This document shows, piece after piece, positions 36,928-46,537 of a stretch of 52,135 nt of DNA. The DNA is from a virus (Duplodnaviria; Caudoviricetes), in the IMG/VR virus record IMGVR_UViG_3300031965_000041, positions 1 through 52,135 of that record; one strand, 5' to 3'. How positions within the stretch are numbered: position 1 is the stretch's first letter; each line of letters begins with the position of its first letter. The notes under the pieces were generated by a model that searched no databases, was not told the DNA's origin, and was given only the letters and a program-made list of their open reading frames with translations. A program made the position numbers and the translations under genes.

Positions 36928-37708
36928 GGTCTGCCTCCTGGTAAGTGAAGTCCTGTGATCCAGATACGGGGCGCACAAGCTCCATGCCCCCGTAGACCCG
37001 GCGGGACCACGCCGGGTCGCACATCCCCACATGCCCGATGTGGATCGCCCGGTTGGCCAGGCTGGATAGACACCGTAGACCGGGGTTGGCGTCCATGTAC
37101 CGCGTCATGGCATGCTCACCCACCTGACCCGTGAAGTTGGGCTCGAGATGCGTCTCCCAGGCGCCCCGGGAGTACATCATGCCCTCCATGTGGAATCGTT
37201 CCCCGGTCTGCCGGGCTGTAACGGCGTCGTCCCCTCGGCTCGTGGTGATAACCTCGGGGCGGGAGTTGTCCGGACTGTAGGTCAGCGGCCACAGTCCGAG
37301 GTAGTCGTCCCGGTCAGGCCGGCCGGCGTACCACTCCAGAAGGGCAAAGATGTCGCTGGAGAGGACAACGTCATCCGCGACTCGGAGGAACACTTCCGCC
37401 GCGCCCCTGCACGCGCTCTCCATCGTTGCGCGAATGTTCGGCACCGGACCCATCCGGTGTGTGTGGCAGTGGACGGCCAACCCGCGGTATAACCAGGCTG
37501 CATCGTTTTCCAGGCTTTCGAGCGTGCGGAGAAAGTACTCTATATCGGATTGATCCCTGCCGTAGTCGATCCCGCAGTACAGGGTCATCGGCCCGGGGTA
37601 CGGGTAGTGGGACCACGCCGTTTCTAGGCTTTCGAGCGTGCGTAGGAGATACTCTCCCCGCGGCCCCCGCGCCCGGTGGGCGGTCATGATGATCGCTGCC
37701 GGGGTCAC
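36920..37708 (-). CDS. GT-A fold glycosyltransferase-like protein
   Basis: IMTAHR..EYLLRTLESL, FLRVADDVVLSSD, NRAIHIG. Confidence 0.75.
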   Translation of the reverse strand: MTPAAIIMTAHRARGPRGEYLLRTLESLETAWSHYPYPGPMTLYCGIDYGRDQSDIEYFLRTLESLENDAAWLYRGLAVHCHTHRMGPVPNIRATMESACRGAAEVFLRVADDVVLSSDIFALLEWYAGRPDRDDYLGLWPLTYSPDNSRPEVITTSRGDDAVTARQTGERFHMEGMMYSRGAWETHLEPNFTGQVGEHAMTRYMDANPGLRCLSSLANRAIHIGHVGMCDPAWSRRVYGGMELVRPVSGSQDFTYQEADHG

Positions 37709-37899
37709 TTGGGCTCCTCGTGCTCCGGGCGATGTGCCAAAGGTGGCATCCAGTGAATGCAACGCACTCGGTTCCATGGTTCGGGAATATTCTTTTCCGT
37801 GGACAGGCGCAGTTCGGGAGTCTCCCGGTCTCTCTCTCGGCGCCGGCGTTCGGCCTCCTCCAGTTTGCACATGGCGAAGTATCGAGCGTCGAGCTTCAC
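37705..37899 (-). CDS. Small hypothetical protein
   Basis: GTGA-coupled at both ends. Confidence 0.45.
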   Translation of the reverse strand: MKLDARYFAMCKLEEAERRRRERDRETPELRLSTEKNIPEPWNRVRCIHWMPPLAHRPEHEEPK

Positions 37900-39041
37900 G
37901 AACCACCTCCCAGGCCGAAGATCGTTTCCCCGTTTGCCTCCACCACCTCCCGGAACGCAGCCACTCCGCGCTCCAGCGACAGGCTCCCCAGCAGCGCCGG
38001 ACTCCCGACCGCGTCGCCGCGCAGCTCCATCAGGGCCGCAAACTGGCCCGGGGGCATGAGCACGGACGTCGTGTAGCACAGGTCCTGGGGGTGCCCCGGG
38101 GGAAGCTGATCCGGCGGATAGACGCCCGCACCGAGTTCGTAGTCGTCGGTGGAGGACCACACGTCACACACGTCTTCGAACGGGTGGCTATTACTCAGAT
38201 TCCACTGCATCCCATTCACCACAGGGAACGGCACCAATCGCTGAAGGCCCATGACGTTGATCTGGTGCGCGGCCTTCTGGGCGTGGAAGATCTCCGTCCT
38301 CGCCACCCGGAGATGCGTGTAGCTCGTGGTGTTGCGCGCCGAGTAGACACCTGCCCTGCGACTGCGCGAGATCCGATTCCTCAGCCGTCGCGGAGCGTTG
38401 GCCCGGTTCCATTCGCGGAGCGTGTCCTCCTGGGGCACGAGTACGTGCTCCAGGTCCTTGGCGATGTCCACAACGTCGTCACCCCGCAGCAGCCCCGTTC
38501 TCACGATGCCGGACACCTGGGAGTTGGCGAGCTGAGCGTTCGTCCACACCGCCTGGGACAGCTCCAACCCGCTCCCGAGGGTGGTCTGCATGAGGTTCTC
38601 CGCCACCACCTTGCCGACGTAGTGGACGGGCACGGCATTGAACAGCGCGGTCTGGACCTTCCTTGGCAAGTCCGAGGCAACGGCCTTGAGCAGCTCGCGT
38701 TCCCGAAGCATGGTCAGTTCGGCCGAGTCCACCAGGGACGTCTGCATGTATCCCTGGAACGCCCGGGCGAGATCGGTCGTGGCCGATGCGATGATCTGGG
38801 CAATCTCCGCATCGGTAACGGCCGGGTTGGCAAACACGCCGGCCGCGGTGAGTTCGCCCACAACGGCCTTGTGGTACGTCGCGAGGATCCGGACCAGGTC
38901 CTCGGAGGCGTGCCGGTTGAGCAAGAGGAACTGCTCCCGGAAGTCGTCGATGATGGCGTCGGTGCGCTCCGTGAAGGTCCGTTTCTTGCGGGTCTCTTCG
39001 AGGTGCAGGCGCGACGCCTCAATGTCAGCCACCCAGGTCAT
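37896..39041 (-). CDS. MuF-like minor head protein
   Basis: RVARTEI, WNLSNSHP..DVCD, PPGHPQDLC. Confidence 0.8.
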   Translation of the reverse strand: MTWVADIEASRLHLEETRKKRTFTERTDAIIDDFREQFLLLNRHASEDLVRILATYHKAVVGELTAAGVFANPAVTDAEIAQIIASATTDLARAFQGYMQTSLVDSAELTMLRERELLKAVASDLPRKVQTALFNAVPVHYVGKVVAENLMQTTLGSGLELSQAVWTNAQLANSQVSGIVRTGLLRGDDVVDIAKDLEHVLVPQEDTLREWNRANAPRRLRNRISRSRRAGVYSARNTTSYTHLRVARTEIFHAQKAAHQINVMGLQRLVPFPVVNGMQWNLSNSHPFEDVCDVWSSTDDYELGAGVYPPDQLPPGHPQDLCYTTSVLMPPGQFAALMELRGDAVGSPALLGSLSLERGVAAFREVVEANGETIFGLGGGS

Positions 39042-39802
39042 GTACCCCACCCAACACGAGCTTCTTGCGCCGCCAGAACGGCCGCATCCCACCCAACCCT
39101 AGCTTCTTGCGCCGCCAACACGGCCGCATCGTATTGCCCTAGTATGGCGGTAGCATCGGTATCCCACAGGCGCACCCACTCCATGTCCTGCTGGCCCAGC
39201 ATCGGTCCGAACTCCACCCCGCAGTTGCGGCAGAACTTGTCCTCCGCGTCCACGATGGTGCCGCATCCTCCCGGTGCCGCCGTGGCGGTTAGGGACTCAA
39301 GGTCGAGGTGCCGCGCAACACCGAAATCGATGAGCCAGAACTCATCTTGCAGGTCCACGATGATGTTCGCGGGCTTCACGTCGCGGTGAACGATGCTCAC
39401 GGCTTCGGCAGCGACCAAGGTCTCGGAGACGTGCAGCGCAAGTCGCAGGAGTTCATGGTGCGAGAGCGTGCCAGCTTGGATTCGAGCGCTCAAGACCTCG
39501 CTGGGGATCCGCTGCTCACGAAACCAGACGATCGTCCCGGTGTTGCCGGTGAGCTGCCCGCGCTCGAAGATGCGCGGCATCCGTGCAGCCCGGACCTTCG
39601 TCGCTGCCTCCAGCTCCCTCTCTGTTCGCGCCGGATCTGTCCCCGGGTGCATCAGCTTGACGACGACCTCGCCGTCAGTCGCGTGCCTCGCGGCGAAGAC
39701 CTGCTTCTGACCTCCCGACGCAAGCGCCTGGAGGTCAGTGAGGTCCGGCAACTGGCGTGCGAGCCAGACGGGGTCTACTTGGGAGTAGCTGGGCATCGCC
39801 AC
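39038..39802 (-). CDS. Truncated Hanks-type Ser/Thr kinase fused to a phage zinc-ribbon protein C-terminus
   Basis: ASGGQKQV, VVVK, HRDVKPAN and DFG are present; APE and the C-lobe are replaced by CGTIVDAEDKFCRNCG. Confidence 0.85.
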   Translation of the reverse strand: MAMPSYSQVDPVWLARQLPDLTDLQALASGGQKQVFAARHATDGEVVVKLMHPGTDPARTERELEAATKVRAARMPRIFERGQLTGNTGTIVWFREQRIPSEVLSARIQAGTLSHHELLRLALHVSETLVAAEAVSIVHRDVKPANIIVDLQDEFWLIDFGVARHLDLESLTATAAPGGCGTIVDAEDKFCRNCGVEFGPMLGQQDMEWVRLWDTDATAILGQYDAAVLAAQEARVGWDAAVLAAQEARVGWGT

Positions 39803-40515
39803 GATCCTTGCTCACTTGGGTTCTTCGAGGCGCGCCATGCCAGGTCATTTACGACCCACGAGGCGTACGAGCGCGGCAGGCGGGCGGTGGACGCGTCCCA
39901 CTCCCTAATCCCATCTTGCTCCGGGGAGAGCACCCCAATGCCGAATCGTCGCGCATCCCGCACTTGATTCTCGGAAACCTGAGGCACGAGGACGTAGGAC
40001 TTCGATGCGAACCAGGTGTTCAGCCGTGCCTGGTTGAGCACCTTGGTCCACTTTCCGATCTTGGCCTCGACGGCAATGATCTTGGTGGCCGCGAAGGCGC
40101 GCTCGAAGGCACACGGGAACCACGCGCGACCGGCCGGTCGAACGAGCCCGGCGTCGTGCAGGCGTTCGGTCGAGGATCGCGCGAAGCGGGAGCCAAAACA
40201 GCCCTCAAGTTCGGAGTGGGCGGCTCTACGACGCTGGAAGACGTAGTGCATGAGCCGCAAGTCGTCCGGTACGAGCGCCAGACGCGATTCGCCCCAGTCG
40301 GCGGTGCGAGCGTCGCGCCACACAACGATGACGAGATCGGGGAACCCGGTCTCAAGGCCGGGCTCGCGGAGCACCGTTACCCGACTGTCCGGGGCATGGA
40401 CGAGTGGCATGGCGGGGATGAACCGCTCCACGAGTTCCAGTTCGGGCCCCGGCAGAGTTCTTCGAAAGACGACACCCTCCGGCGCCGAGTCCCGGTCAAC
40501 GATCGTCGGGGTCAC
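39775..40515 (-). CDS. PD-(D/E)xK nuclease-fold protein (MmcB/sce7726-like)
   Basis: GFPDLV...IAVEAK...LNQARLN...SYV...FGIGVL. Confidence 0.75.
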   Translation of the reverse strand: MTPTIVDRDSAPEGVVFRRTLPGPELELVERFIPAMPLVHAPDSRVTVLREPGLETGFPDLVIVVWRDARTADWGESRLALVPDDLRLMHYVFQRRRAAHSELEGCFGSRFARSSTERLHDAGLVRPAGRAWFPCAFERAFAATKIIAVEAKIGKWTKVLNQARLNTWFASKSYVLVPQVSENQVRDARRFGIGVLSPEQDGIREWDASTARLPRSYASWVVNDLAWRASKNPSEQGSWRCPATPK

Positions 40516-41978
40516 GGTGGAGTCCCGTTCAGCCGGCCCTCCGGGTTCGCGCGCTGCGTCTCCCCAGCCTTCGCTCGGGCATCCCGCAGCGCCTGAATCT
40601 CCTCGCCAAGACGGTCACCGCCGTCAAACGAGTCTTCGTACTCCCGGTTCTCGCGCTCGTCCTCGGGGTCGTATCCCGCCTCCTGCAAGATCGTCGTGTC
40701 CGAAAGACCGTGACCCGAGAGCAAGCTGTTCGCCCGCACGATATCCAGGAACTCCCGCTCGTCGTTCTCCGTCCACATCGTCCGGAACGGGTAGTCCGCC
40801 GGGTTGTAGCCCCAGAGCCACAACTGCGTCTTCACTACTTTGGAGATCGGCTCCGAGGCAACGGAGTGGAACTCCCCCAACAGGCGGATGAACTGCTTCA
40901 CTTGTTCCCGCAACGTGTCCCGGTTCACGTCGGCGCCGTAACCCGGCAACAGGGCATAGGGCACCCCGAGAGCCGAATGAATCGTGGCCCGGCGGTACTT
41001 CAAGTCGTCGATCTTCATCAGGGCATGGTTCGCCGGGTCCAGCAGCTTCACATCCGTGGTGGCCGCAACATCCGAGTCCGGACCAACCTCACCCTTGCGC
41101 TTCATTTGATCGTAGAGCTGCATGAACTCCAGGGCCTGCGATACCGTCCACGCCTTGTTCACGAAGGCGAGCCTGGAACCGCTCCGCTTGTCGCGGAACA
41201 CAAACAGGCCCTCCTCCCCCTGGTACAACTGGCGCCACTGGACCCGAACCGGCATGGCCATCGGAAGCCCCATGTTCCAATCGAATACCAGGAGCTGATA
41301 CGGCAAGAACTCACGGACTCGCTCCGATGTCTGAATGTCGAACAGGCCCCAGCCTACAAACGCGTTGTCGCCTGACCGGTGCAGCTTCCGCAGGATGTAC
41401 CCGTCCCGGATGGACGGCACCGGCTCGAACCGCTCGATGGTGCCCTCGCCCTTCATGTCCCAGACAATCTCAAGAGCGTGCCGTCCGTACAGCGCGGTTC
41501 GCTCGAAGTGATTAGCCAGAACCCGGTGCAGCCCGGCGTTGAAAAGCGTAGTCTCGATTCGGTCGTAGACCTCGTTCACGGCCTGCTGTTGTGGGGTCGC
41601 CATGCACCGCTGACTGCCATCAGGACGCTTCTTCACCACAGTGGCGTTCTCGAGCTTCTTCCGACCGGACAGCTTGAAGGCGATGCCCTCGTTGTCCTTC
41701 TGTGCGGCAGAGAGCCCCAGAATCCGGAACGCGGAAGCGACGTCGCCGTCGTTGTCGTACATCTCCTGCACGTCCTGGAGCATCTCGATGTAGTCGAATT
41801 GCCGCGTGACCTCTCGCCACTGACCGGACACGTCGGAGATCGGATACAGGGGGTCGGGCTGGGTTGTGACGGCGGGCGCTCGGGTGGGGCGGATCTCTTC
41901 CACCCGCCGGGCGATCCGGCGAATCACGGCGTTCTCGATGGCCCGCGCGGGCCGCACGATGGGGCTCCAGAAGCTCAT
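40512..41978 (-). CDS. Portal protein
   Basis: Follows the terminase; YGRHALEIVW, IHSALGVPYALL. Confidence 0.85.
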   Translation of the reverse strand: MSFWSPIVRPARAIENAVIRRIARRVEEIRPTRAPAVTTQPDPLYPISDVSGQWREVTRQFDYIEMLQDVQEMYDNDGDVASAFRILGLSAAQKDNEGIAFKLSGRKKLENATVVKKRPDGSQRCMATPQQQAVNEVYDRIETTLFNAGLHRVLANHFERTALYGRHALEIVWDMKGEGTIERFEPVPSIRDGYILRKLHRSGDNAFVGWGLFDIQTSERVREFLPYQLLVFDWNMGLPMAMPVRVQWRQLYQGEEGLFVFRDKRSGSRLAFVNKAWTVSQALEFMQLYDQMKRKGEVGPDSDVAATTDVKLLDPANHALMKIDDLKYRRATIHSALGVPYALLPGYGADVNRDTLREQVKQFIRLLGEFHSVASEPISKVVKTQLWLWGYNPADYPFRTMWTENDEREFLDIVRANSLLSGHGLSDTTILQEAGYDPEDERENREYEDSFDGGDRLGEEIQALRDARAKAGETQRANPEGRLNGTPP

Positions 41979-43924
41979 GGCCTCTCCTTCTCCCCACGTT
42001 TCAGCTTGCTCAGCGACGATTCCCGGTTCGAGATCGCGGATACCATGACGGCCGGTTCGGCGGCCGCGTCCAATAGTTCCGCAGCGATGAAGTCGTAGTT
42101 GTCCGCATGGCGGTAGTCGTCCCTCTTTTGCTTCCGCCACACGTGCCGCTTGTTGCCCTTCGTGTCCTCCTCCTCGACCTTCTTGAGATCGCACATCTCC
42201 TCGTAGTACTCGGGGATCATGGAGGCATTGCGGGGCAGGTGATTCAAGCCGACCCGCATCTCGGCATGCGAACGGTCGAGCGTCCGGTTCCGCTGGGCCA
42301 GGACGAACCGCTCCGACCGGCGAATGTCCAGCAGGTCCTTGCTCGGGTTGTCCTGGGCGGGATAGTCGGCCAGCCAAAGAAAGGGGAACCGCTCCTGCAT
42401 CTCCTTGGCTTTCGATGTCTCGGGTTCGGAGTCCATCACCGCTACCGTGACGGGGAAGCGCTCGAATAGCTCGTCCAGGCCCTCCCACGGTACGCGACCG
42501 ATGAACACCGCCTGGCGTACCCGGTCTCCGTCCCGCCGCAGAATCCGGGAGATCCGGACGGCGAGATACCGCCGCTGCACGTCGATCCCGGCGGTCAACA
42601 CTCCGCCCGTCATCTTCGCCGGCATGAGGTAGGCGCCCTGGCAGGCGCTCAGCATCTCCGGGTCCAGCCCGGAGCTCCTGGGCGTGTAGCCTAGCCCGAG
42701 ATCACCGTTGTAGAAGACCCGGAGCTTGTCGTCGTCGCCGGTCCGGATCGCCCGGTCGAAGATCTTCCACAGGTCCCGCACCGTGGTCCGGTTGGTCACG
42801 AGCCGGGTCAGATGGTATCCGTAGACCTCTCGCTCAGGGTATGCCGGCACCCACAGACCCGGCCCCAAACGGTCGAGTGGCCGGTCACACTCCCGGCACA
42901 GCACCGCAATGTCTCTACCCGAATCCTCGCTCCACGCCCGGTCCCGGAGCGTGAACCGGATCTCCGACTCCTGCACCACCACATCGCGGAACCAGTCGAG
43001 GTCCTGCCGGTTTCCGCAGTGTCCGCACTGCACGAACCAGGAGCGCTGGTCCGACTCCTCGTAAGCCTCCTCGATCAGATCCCCGACCGTGGTTGGTCGC
43101 GAAATCTTCCGAATACGCTTGTAGTCACTGGCGTTGAGCCGCTTGTATATCTCGTCCAGCCACGAAGAGTCGAACAGGCTGAACTCGTCCAGACACACGA
43201 TGTCCGCCGGCGTTGCTTGGCGGGACAGCGGGCTCTTGGCCCCCTTGGCGTGCCACCACCCTTGGCCGATTCGCTTCTGATGGACACGCGCGACCTTGCG
43301 GGCGTGCCCGTGCCGGTCGTCGTATACCCGGGAGCGCAGGGGCGGAGACGCGTTGATGACCGGGTCCACGCGCTCCTGGACCATCTTCGCAACCTCTTCA
43401 TCGGTCGGAAAATAGTAGATCGCGCTGCGGCCATGGGCGTCGGCCTCGTACAGCGACCCCCCGACCATCCACTCCGTCTTCGCCACCTGGTTCGGGAACT
43501 TCAAGACGATCTCTTGCGCCTCGTCCCACACCTCGTATGGCTCCACCATGAAGCCGTACCCGTTGAGGGACAGCGGCTTACCCTTGATGGTGTGGAAGTG
43601 CATCGCCCAGTCCAGGTAGGTCCAATCCAAGGCGACGGTCTCGGCGCTCAACTGAATCGCCTCAAGCGGGTCAAAGAGAGGGGCGGGTCGAGCGGGACCC
43701 TGTGTTCTCGTTGAGGCTTCTGCAGCCCAGATACCAGTGTCCCTACGGACTGCCCGCTCGTTGCCCGCCTCACCCAAGGCCCCCGGGCACGCGCTTGCCG
43801 TAACGGCGCCGGCGAAGCTCGCGCAGACCAACCACCACCCCGTCAGGATGCTTCGACGCTGCTTCGAGGTCCTCCAGCGAGACCGCGTTGGATGTATCCT
43901 CATGGCGCTCCGTTGGGCCGCCAC
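41975..43924 (-). CDS. Terminase large subunit, GpA-like (true start likely between 43600 and 43780)
   Basis: KFPNQVAKTE, VCLDE, ISRPT, SDQRSWFVQCGHCG, AGIDVQ, DDYRHA. Confidence 0.9.
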   Translation of the reverse strand: MAAQRSAMRIHPTRSRWRTSKQRRSILTGWWLVCASFAGAVTASACPGALGEAGNERAVRRDTGIWAAEASTRTQGPARPAPLFDPLEAIQLSAETVALDWTYLDWAMHFHTIKGKPLSLNGYGFMVEPYEVWDEAQEIVLKFPNQVAKTEWMVGGSLYEADAHGRSAIYYFPTDEEVAKMVQERVDPVINASPPLRSRVYDDRHGHARKVARVHQKRIGQGWWHAKGAKSPLSRQATPADIVCLDEFSLFDSSWLDEIYKRLNASDYKRIRKISRPTTVGDLIEEAYEESDQRSWFVQCGHCGNRQDLDWFRDVVVQESEIRFTLRDRAWSEDSGRDIAVLCRECDRPLDRLGPGLWVPAYPEREVYGYHLTRLVTNRTTVRDLWKIFDRAIRTGDDDKLRVFYNGDLGLGYTPRSSGLDPEMLSACQGAYLMPAKMTGGVLTAGIDVQRRYLAVRISRILRRDGDRVRQAVFIGRVPWEGLDELFERFPVTVAVMDSEPETSKAKEMQERFPFLWLADYPAQDNPSKDLLDIRRSERFVLAQRNRTLDRSHAEMRVGLNHLPRNASMIPEYYEEMCDLKKVEEEDTKGNKRHVWRKQKRDDYRHADNYDFIAAELLDAAAEPAVMVSAISNRESSLSKLKRGEKERP

Positions 43925-44342
43925 GGAATAACTGCAGGTCCTTCAGAGCGGCCGCGATGGATCGAAGAAGCGTGGCCTGCGAGTCGTCCGCGAACCCATC
44001 AGCGCCCTGTCCGGACCCCGGCAGCCGCCCCAACTGGATCCGCAGCTTCTCCTCGAACTCGTCGATCAGCTCCGAAGCCAGGCCGACCTGCCGCCGGATG
44101 ATGAGAGCATCCGTTCTTCTCCCGGCTTCATTCCGCAGGGCTTCCAGGCGCGCCACCCACCCGAATTTCTTCTCGTACTCCAGTACCGTCTTGAGGTTCT
44201 TGGGGATGTCGGGGTTTCCGCGTTCCTCACGGACGAGCTTGCTGGCGTTGCCGTCGTAACGCTCGTAGAGAGGCCAGATTAACTCCGGGTCATAGCCGAG
44301 CCTCGGCGGCGTCGGCGTCCCTGTCCCCTTCTTCTTCCCCAC
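43770..44342 (-). CDS. Putative terminase small subunit
   Basis: Upstream of terL; TVLEYEKKFGW...GGPTER. Confidence 0.65.
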   Translation of the reverse strand: MGKKKGTGTPTPPRLGYDPELIWPLYERYDGNASKLVREERGNPDIPKNLKTVLEYEKKFGWVARLEALRNEAGRRTDALIIRRQVGLASELIDEFEEKLRIQLGRLPGSGQGADGFADDSQATLLRSIAAALKDLQLFRGGPTERHEDTSNAVSLEDLEAASKHPDGVVVGLRELRRRRYGKRVPGGLG

Positions 44343-44684
44343 ACCTCACCGTCCCCGGGGATCGGGGTTACCCCCCCGCTGTCCCCTTGGAGTCCGCACC
44401 TAGCCCTCTTCGTCGGTGCTGGCCAAGGTCTTCGCCAGGGCGGCGAGATCCACGGCCAGGCGGCCCACGATGCTCGACACGCTGGCCGAGGCCGCCGTGT
44501 TGTCGATGGTGGCCGTCGATCCCGGCCGCTTCGTTCCCGCCGTCTTCTTCCGTGCCATTCGTTCCCTCCCGAAATCAGGTTAATGGGTGGGGTGCCGTCC
44601 GAAGCCAACACCCCACCCGGGGGTCGCGGGATAGAATGGGAGATGATGACCCTCCTGCCCACTTACCTTTATACCGGAAGGGAA

Positions 44685-44981
44685 TTAGCTTGTGGCGGAA
44701 GAAGGGGTTACGTTTTCTTCCGCAAGGATCTGGCGGACACGGCGGCGAGAGATGCAGAAATCCTTGGCGATCTGCTTGATGCTCTCGGCCTCTGTGAGTT
44801 CCAGGCCGTAGGGCTGCTTGGCCTGGTTCAGCTCGTGGGTCACCACGATCCGAGTCCGGCGGCTTTCCCGCGCTCCGGGAAGTTCCTTCGGGACTCTGAT
44901 GATGCAGCCCCCGGCGATCCTGATAATGGCTCGGGCGCTCTCGGGACCAATGGCCTGGGCGATCCGCTCGAAGTTGGTCAT
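44685..44981 (-). CDS. Mor/C-like late transcription activator
   Basis: IGPESARAIIRIAGGCIIRVPK...QIAKDFCISRRRVRQIL. Confidence 0.75.
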   Translation of the reverse strand: MTNFERIAQAIGPESARAIIRIAGGCIIRVPKELPGARESRRTRIVVTHELNQAKQPYGLELTEAESIKQIAKDFCISRRRVRQILAEENVTPSSATS

Positions 44982-45193
44982 CCGTCCAGGTCCCAGGGCG
45001 TTGAACACACATCACAGACCATCTCGTGGATACCTGCCATCACAGTGATGGCCCCGTCCTCGTTGTCCCTGGATGAGATGCTGAGCCTTGGGCCAGAGGA
45101 TGCTCCACGGCACCGACACCGTTTGCGAAGCTTCAACTCCCGTTGCTGTCCGTGGCAGCGCAATATTAGGGAATTTCCTTCGTAAACCCTCAT
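44978..45193 (-). CDS. Small Cys-containing protein
   Basis: Coupled at both ends; CRC and CDVC motifs. Confidence 0.5.
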   Translation of the reverse strand: MRVYEGNSLILRCHGQQRELKLRKRCRCRGASSGPRLSISSRDNEDGAITVMAGIHEMVCDVCSTPWDLDG

Positions 45194-45546
45194 GACTGGT
45201 AATCCCCGAGCGCCTCGACCGCCTTGCGGATTTGGGCCTGCATCGTTTGGATCTCTTTCGTCATCGTGTCCTGCTGCGTCTGGAGCACTTCCTTGACCCG
45301 GTCCAGTTCCCTCCCCAAGTCCCGGATTCTCTGACGGGCGGCTTTGAGGATCAAGGGGTCGCCTTCCGAGGACTCTCCCTCTCGTTCACGCCGGCGGGCT
45401 TCCCCGTCGCGGTACACGGCTACCGTCTCCTGGTGGTCTCCGCGCCGTTCCAGCCTGAGACTGTACCGACCAAGGAGAGCGTCCAGATCCTTGTCGAACT
45501 GCTCCCCGTAGAAGGTGATTACCACCGGCTTCGTGACGTCTCTCAC
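45190..45546 (-). CDS. Coiled-coil hypothetical protein
   Basis: GTGA coupling; AGGGGAGG RBS. Confidence 0.55.
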   Translation of the reverse strand: MRDVTKPVVITFYGEQFDKDLDALLGRYSLRLERRGDHQETVAVYRDGEARRREREGESSEGDPLILKAARQRIRDLGRELDRVKEVLQTQQDTMTKEIQTMQAQIRKAVEALGDYQS

Positions 45547-46094
45547 TGTACCCTCCCCTGTTTTCTCCTCAACCGCTTCCACCACGGCCTTGTGTCGATC
45601 TGGAATGTGAGTCGCTCATTCGCCGCGGCGTCATCGCGTTCGAACCGAGCCGCGCTCGCCGGGTTCACCCCCCAGAGCCCGCTCGCGGACGGCTTGTAGG
45701 GAGCCATTTCCCGCATCGCCCGAGCCGTGATACACCCGCCTTCGACCAAGCCATCTCTCCCTTTCCAGAACGCCCACACTTTCGTGTCGGTAGCCATTGA
45801 CTCCTTGAGACCCTCGACCGGAAGAGACTCGCCAAGCCTCCACTCGAAGAGGACCCGCCCACCAAGTGTGGCTTTCAGGTATGTCTCCAGTGTGACGACG
45901 ACGTCGAACTCGCTTCCGTCAGACCTCTTCCAAGTCTGATTCTGAGGGAACTCGGCCTTGACGCTAAGTTGCACCGCCTCTGCTACTTTCGACCAGTCCC
46001 TCTCACGCCACCCAAGCATGAATTCGGCTACCGCGCGCTCCGGCGTGTCGGGCCTGTAGTCTGTCGGATGGTCTGCTGTCAGGCCGATTATCAT
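45543..46094 (-). CDS. Hypothetical protein
   Basis: GGAGG RBS; ATGA coupling. Confidence 0.6.
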   Translation of the reverse strand: MIIGLTADHPTDYRPDTPERAVAEFMLGWRERDWSKVAEAVQLSVKAEFPQNQTWKRSDGSEFDVVVTLETYLKATLGGRVLFEWRLGESLPVEGLKESMATDTKVWAFWKGRDGLVEGGCITARAMREMAPYKPSASGLWGVNPASAARFERDDAAANERLTFQIDTRPWWKRLRRKQGRVQ

Positions 46095-46369
46095 CGTTGC
46101 CTCCCAATAAATTGCGGATAGCTCGGGTCGTTGTAGACACGGGTGTAGTGCTCGTTGAGGTCGGGCATCGGCTCGGGAAACCATTCACCCCGCCCGATCA
46201 TGCCAGCGACATGACCGCCAGACATGACGGTGAACACTCTGCCCCGCCATCGCTCAGCAGCAGGACACCCAATGCAAACGCATACCCGCACCGTTGGCGT
46301 ACCAAAGCCGCCGGCATACTGTGTCGTCCACTTGTGCCCACCCAAAAAGCAGGACAGTCGTCTTATCAT
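46091..46369 (-). CDS. Hypothetical protein (C..GHKW motif)
   Basis: RLSCFLGGHKW...CIGC. Confidence 0.5.
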   Translation of the reverse strand: MIRRLSCFLGGHKWTTQYAGGFGTPTVRVCVCIGCPAAERWRGRVFTVMSGGHVAGMIGRGEWFPEPMPDLNEHYTRVYNDPSYPQFIGRQR

Positions 46370-46537
46370 GGCTCCCTCGCCTTTAAGGCCCGGGGGGAGG
46401 AGTGATCTCCCCCCGGATGGCCCGCCCTCCGTTTTGCTCACCAACCCGGGCCAAGATCGGCTGATGCACCGCCATCGAAGGATCGCGGGTCCCGATGTTC
46501 GCGCCGTTATTTGACCCTCGGGACCGAGGTGTACCGG

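Noticed and set aside
39266-40515. IS element or intron as the explanation for the inserts
   Set aside because: No transposase, terminal inverted repeats, target duplication or intron features seen.
41979-42488. N-terminal extension of the portal ORF
   Set aside because: Overlaps the terminase; ATGA coupling and RBS place the start at 41978.
44343-44684. cos/pac site upstream of terS
   Set aside because: The position is plausible and GC hairpins are present, but no diagnostic sequence; it needs read-terminus analysis.
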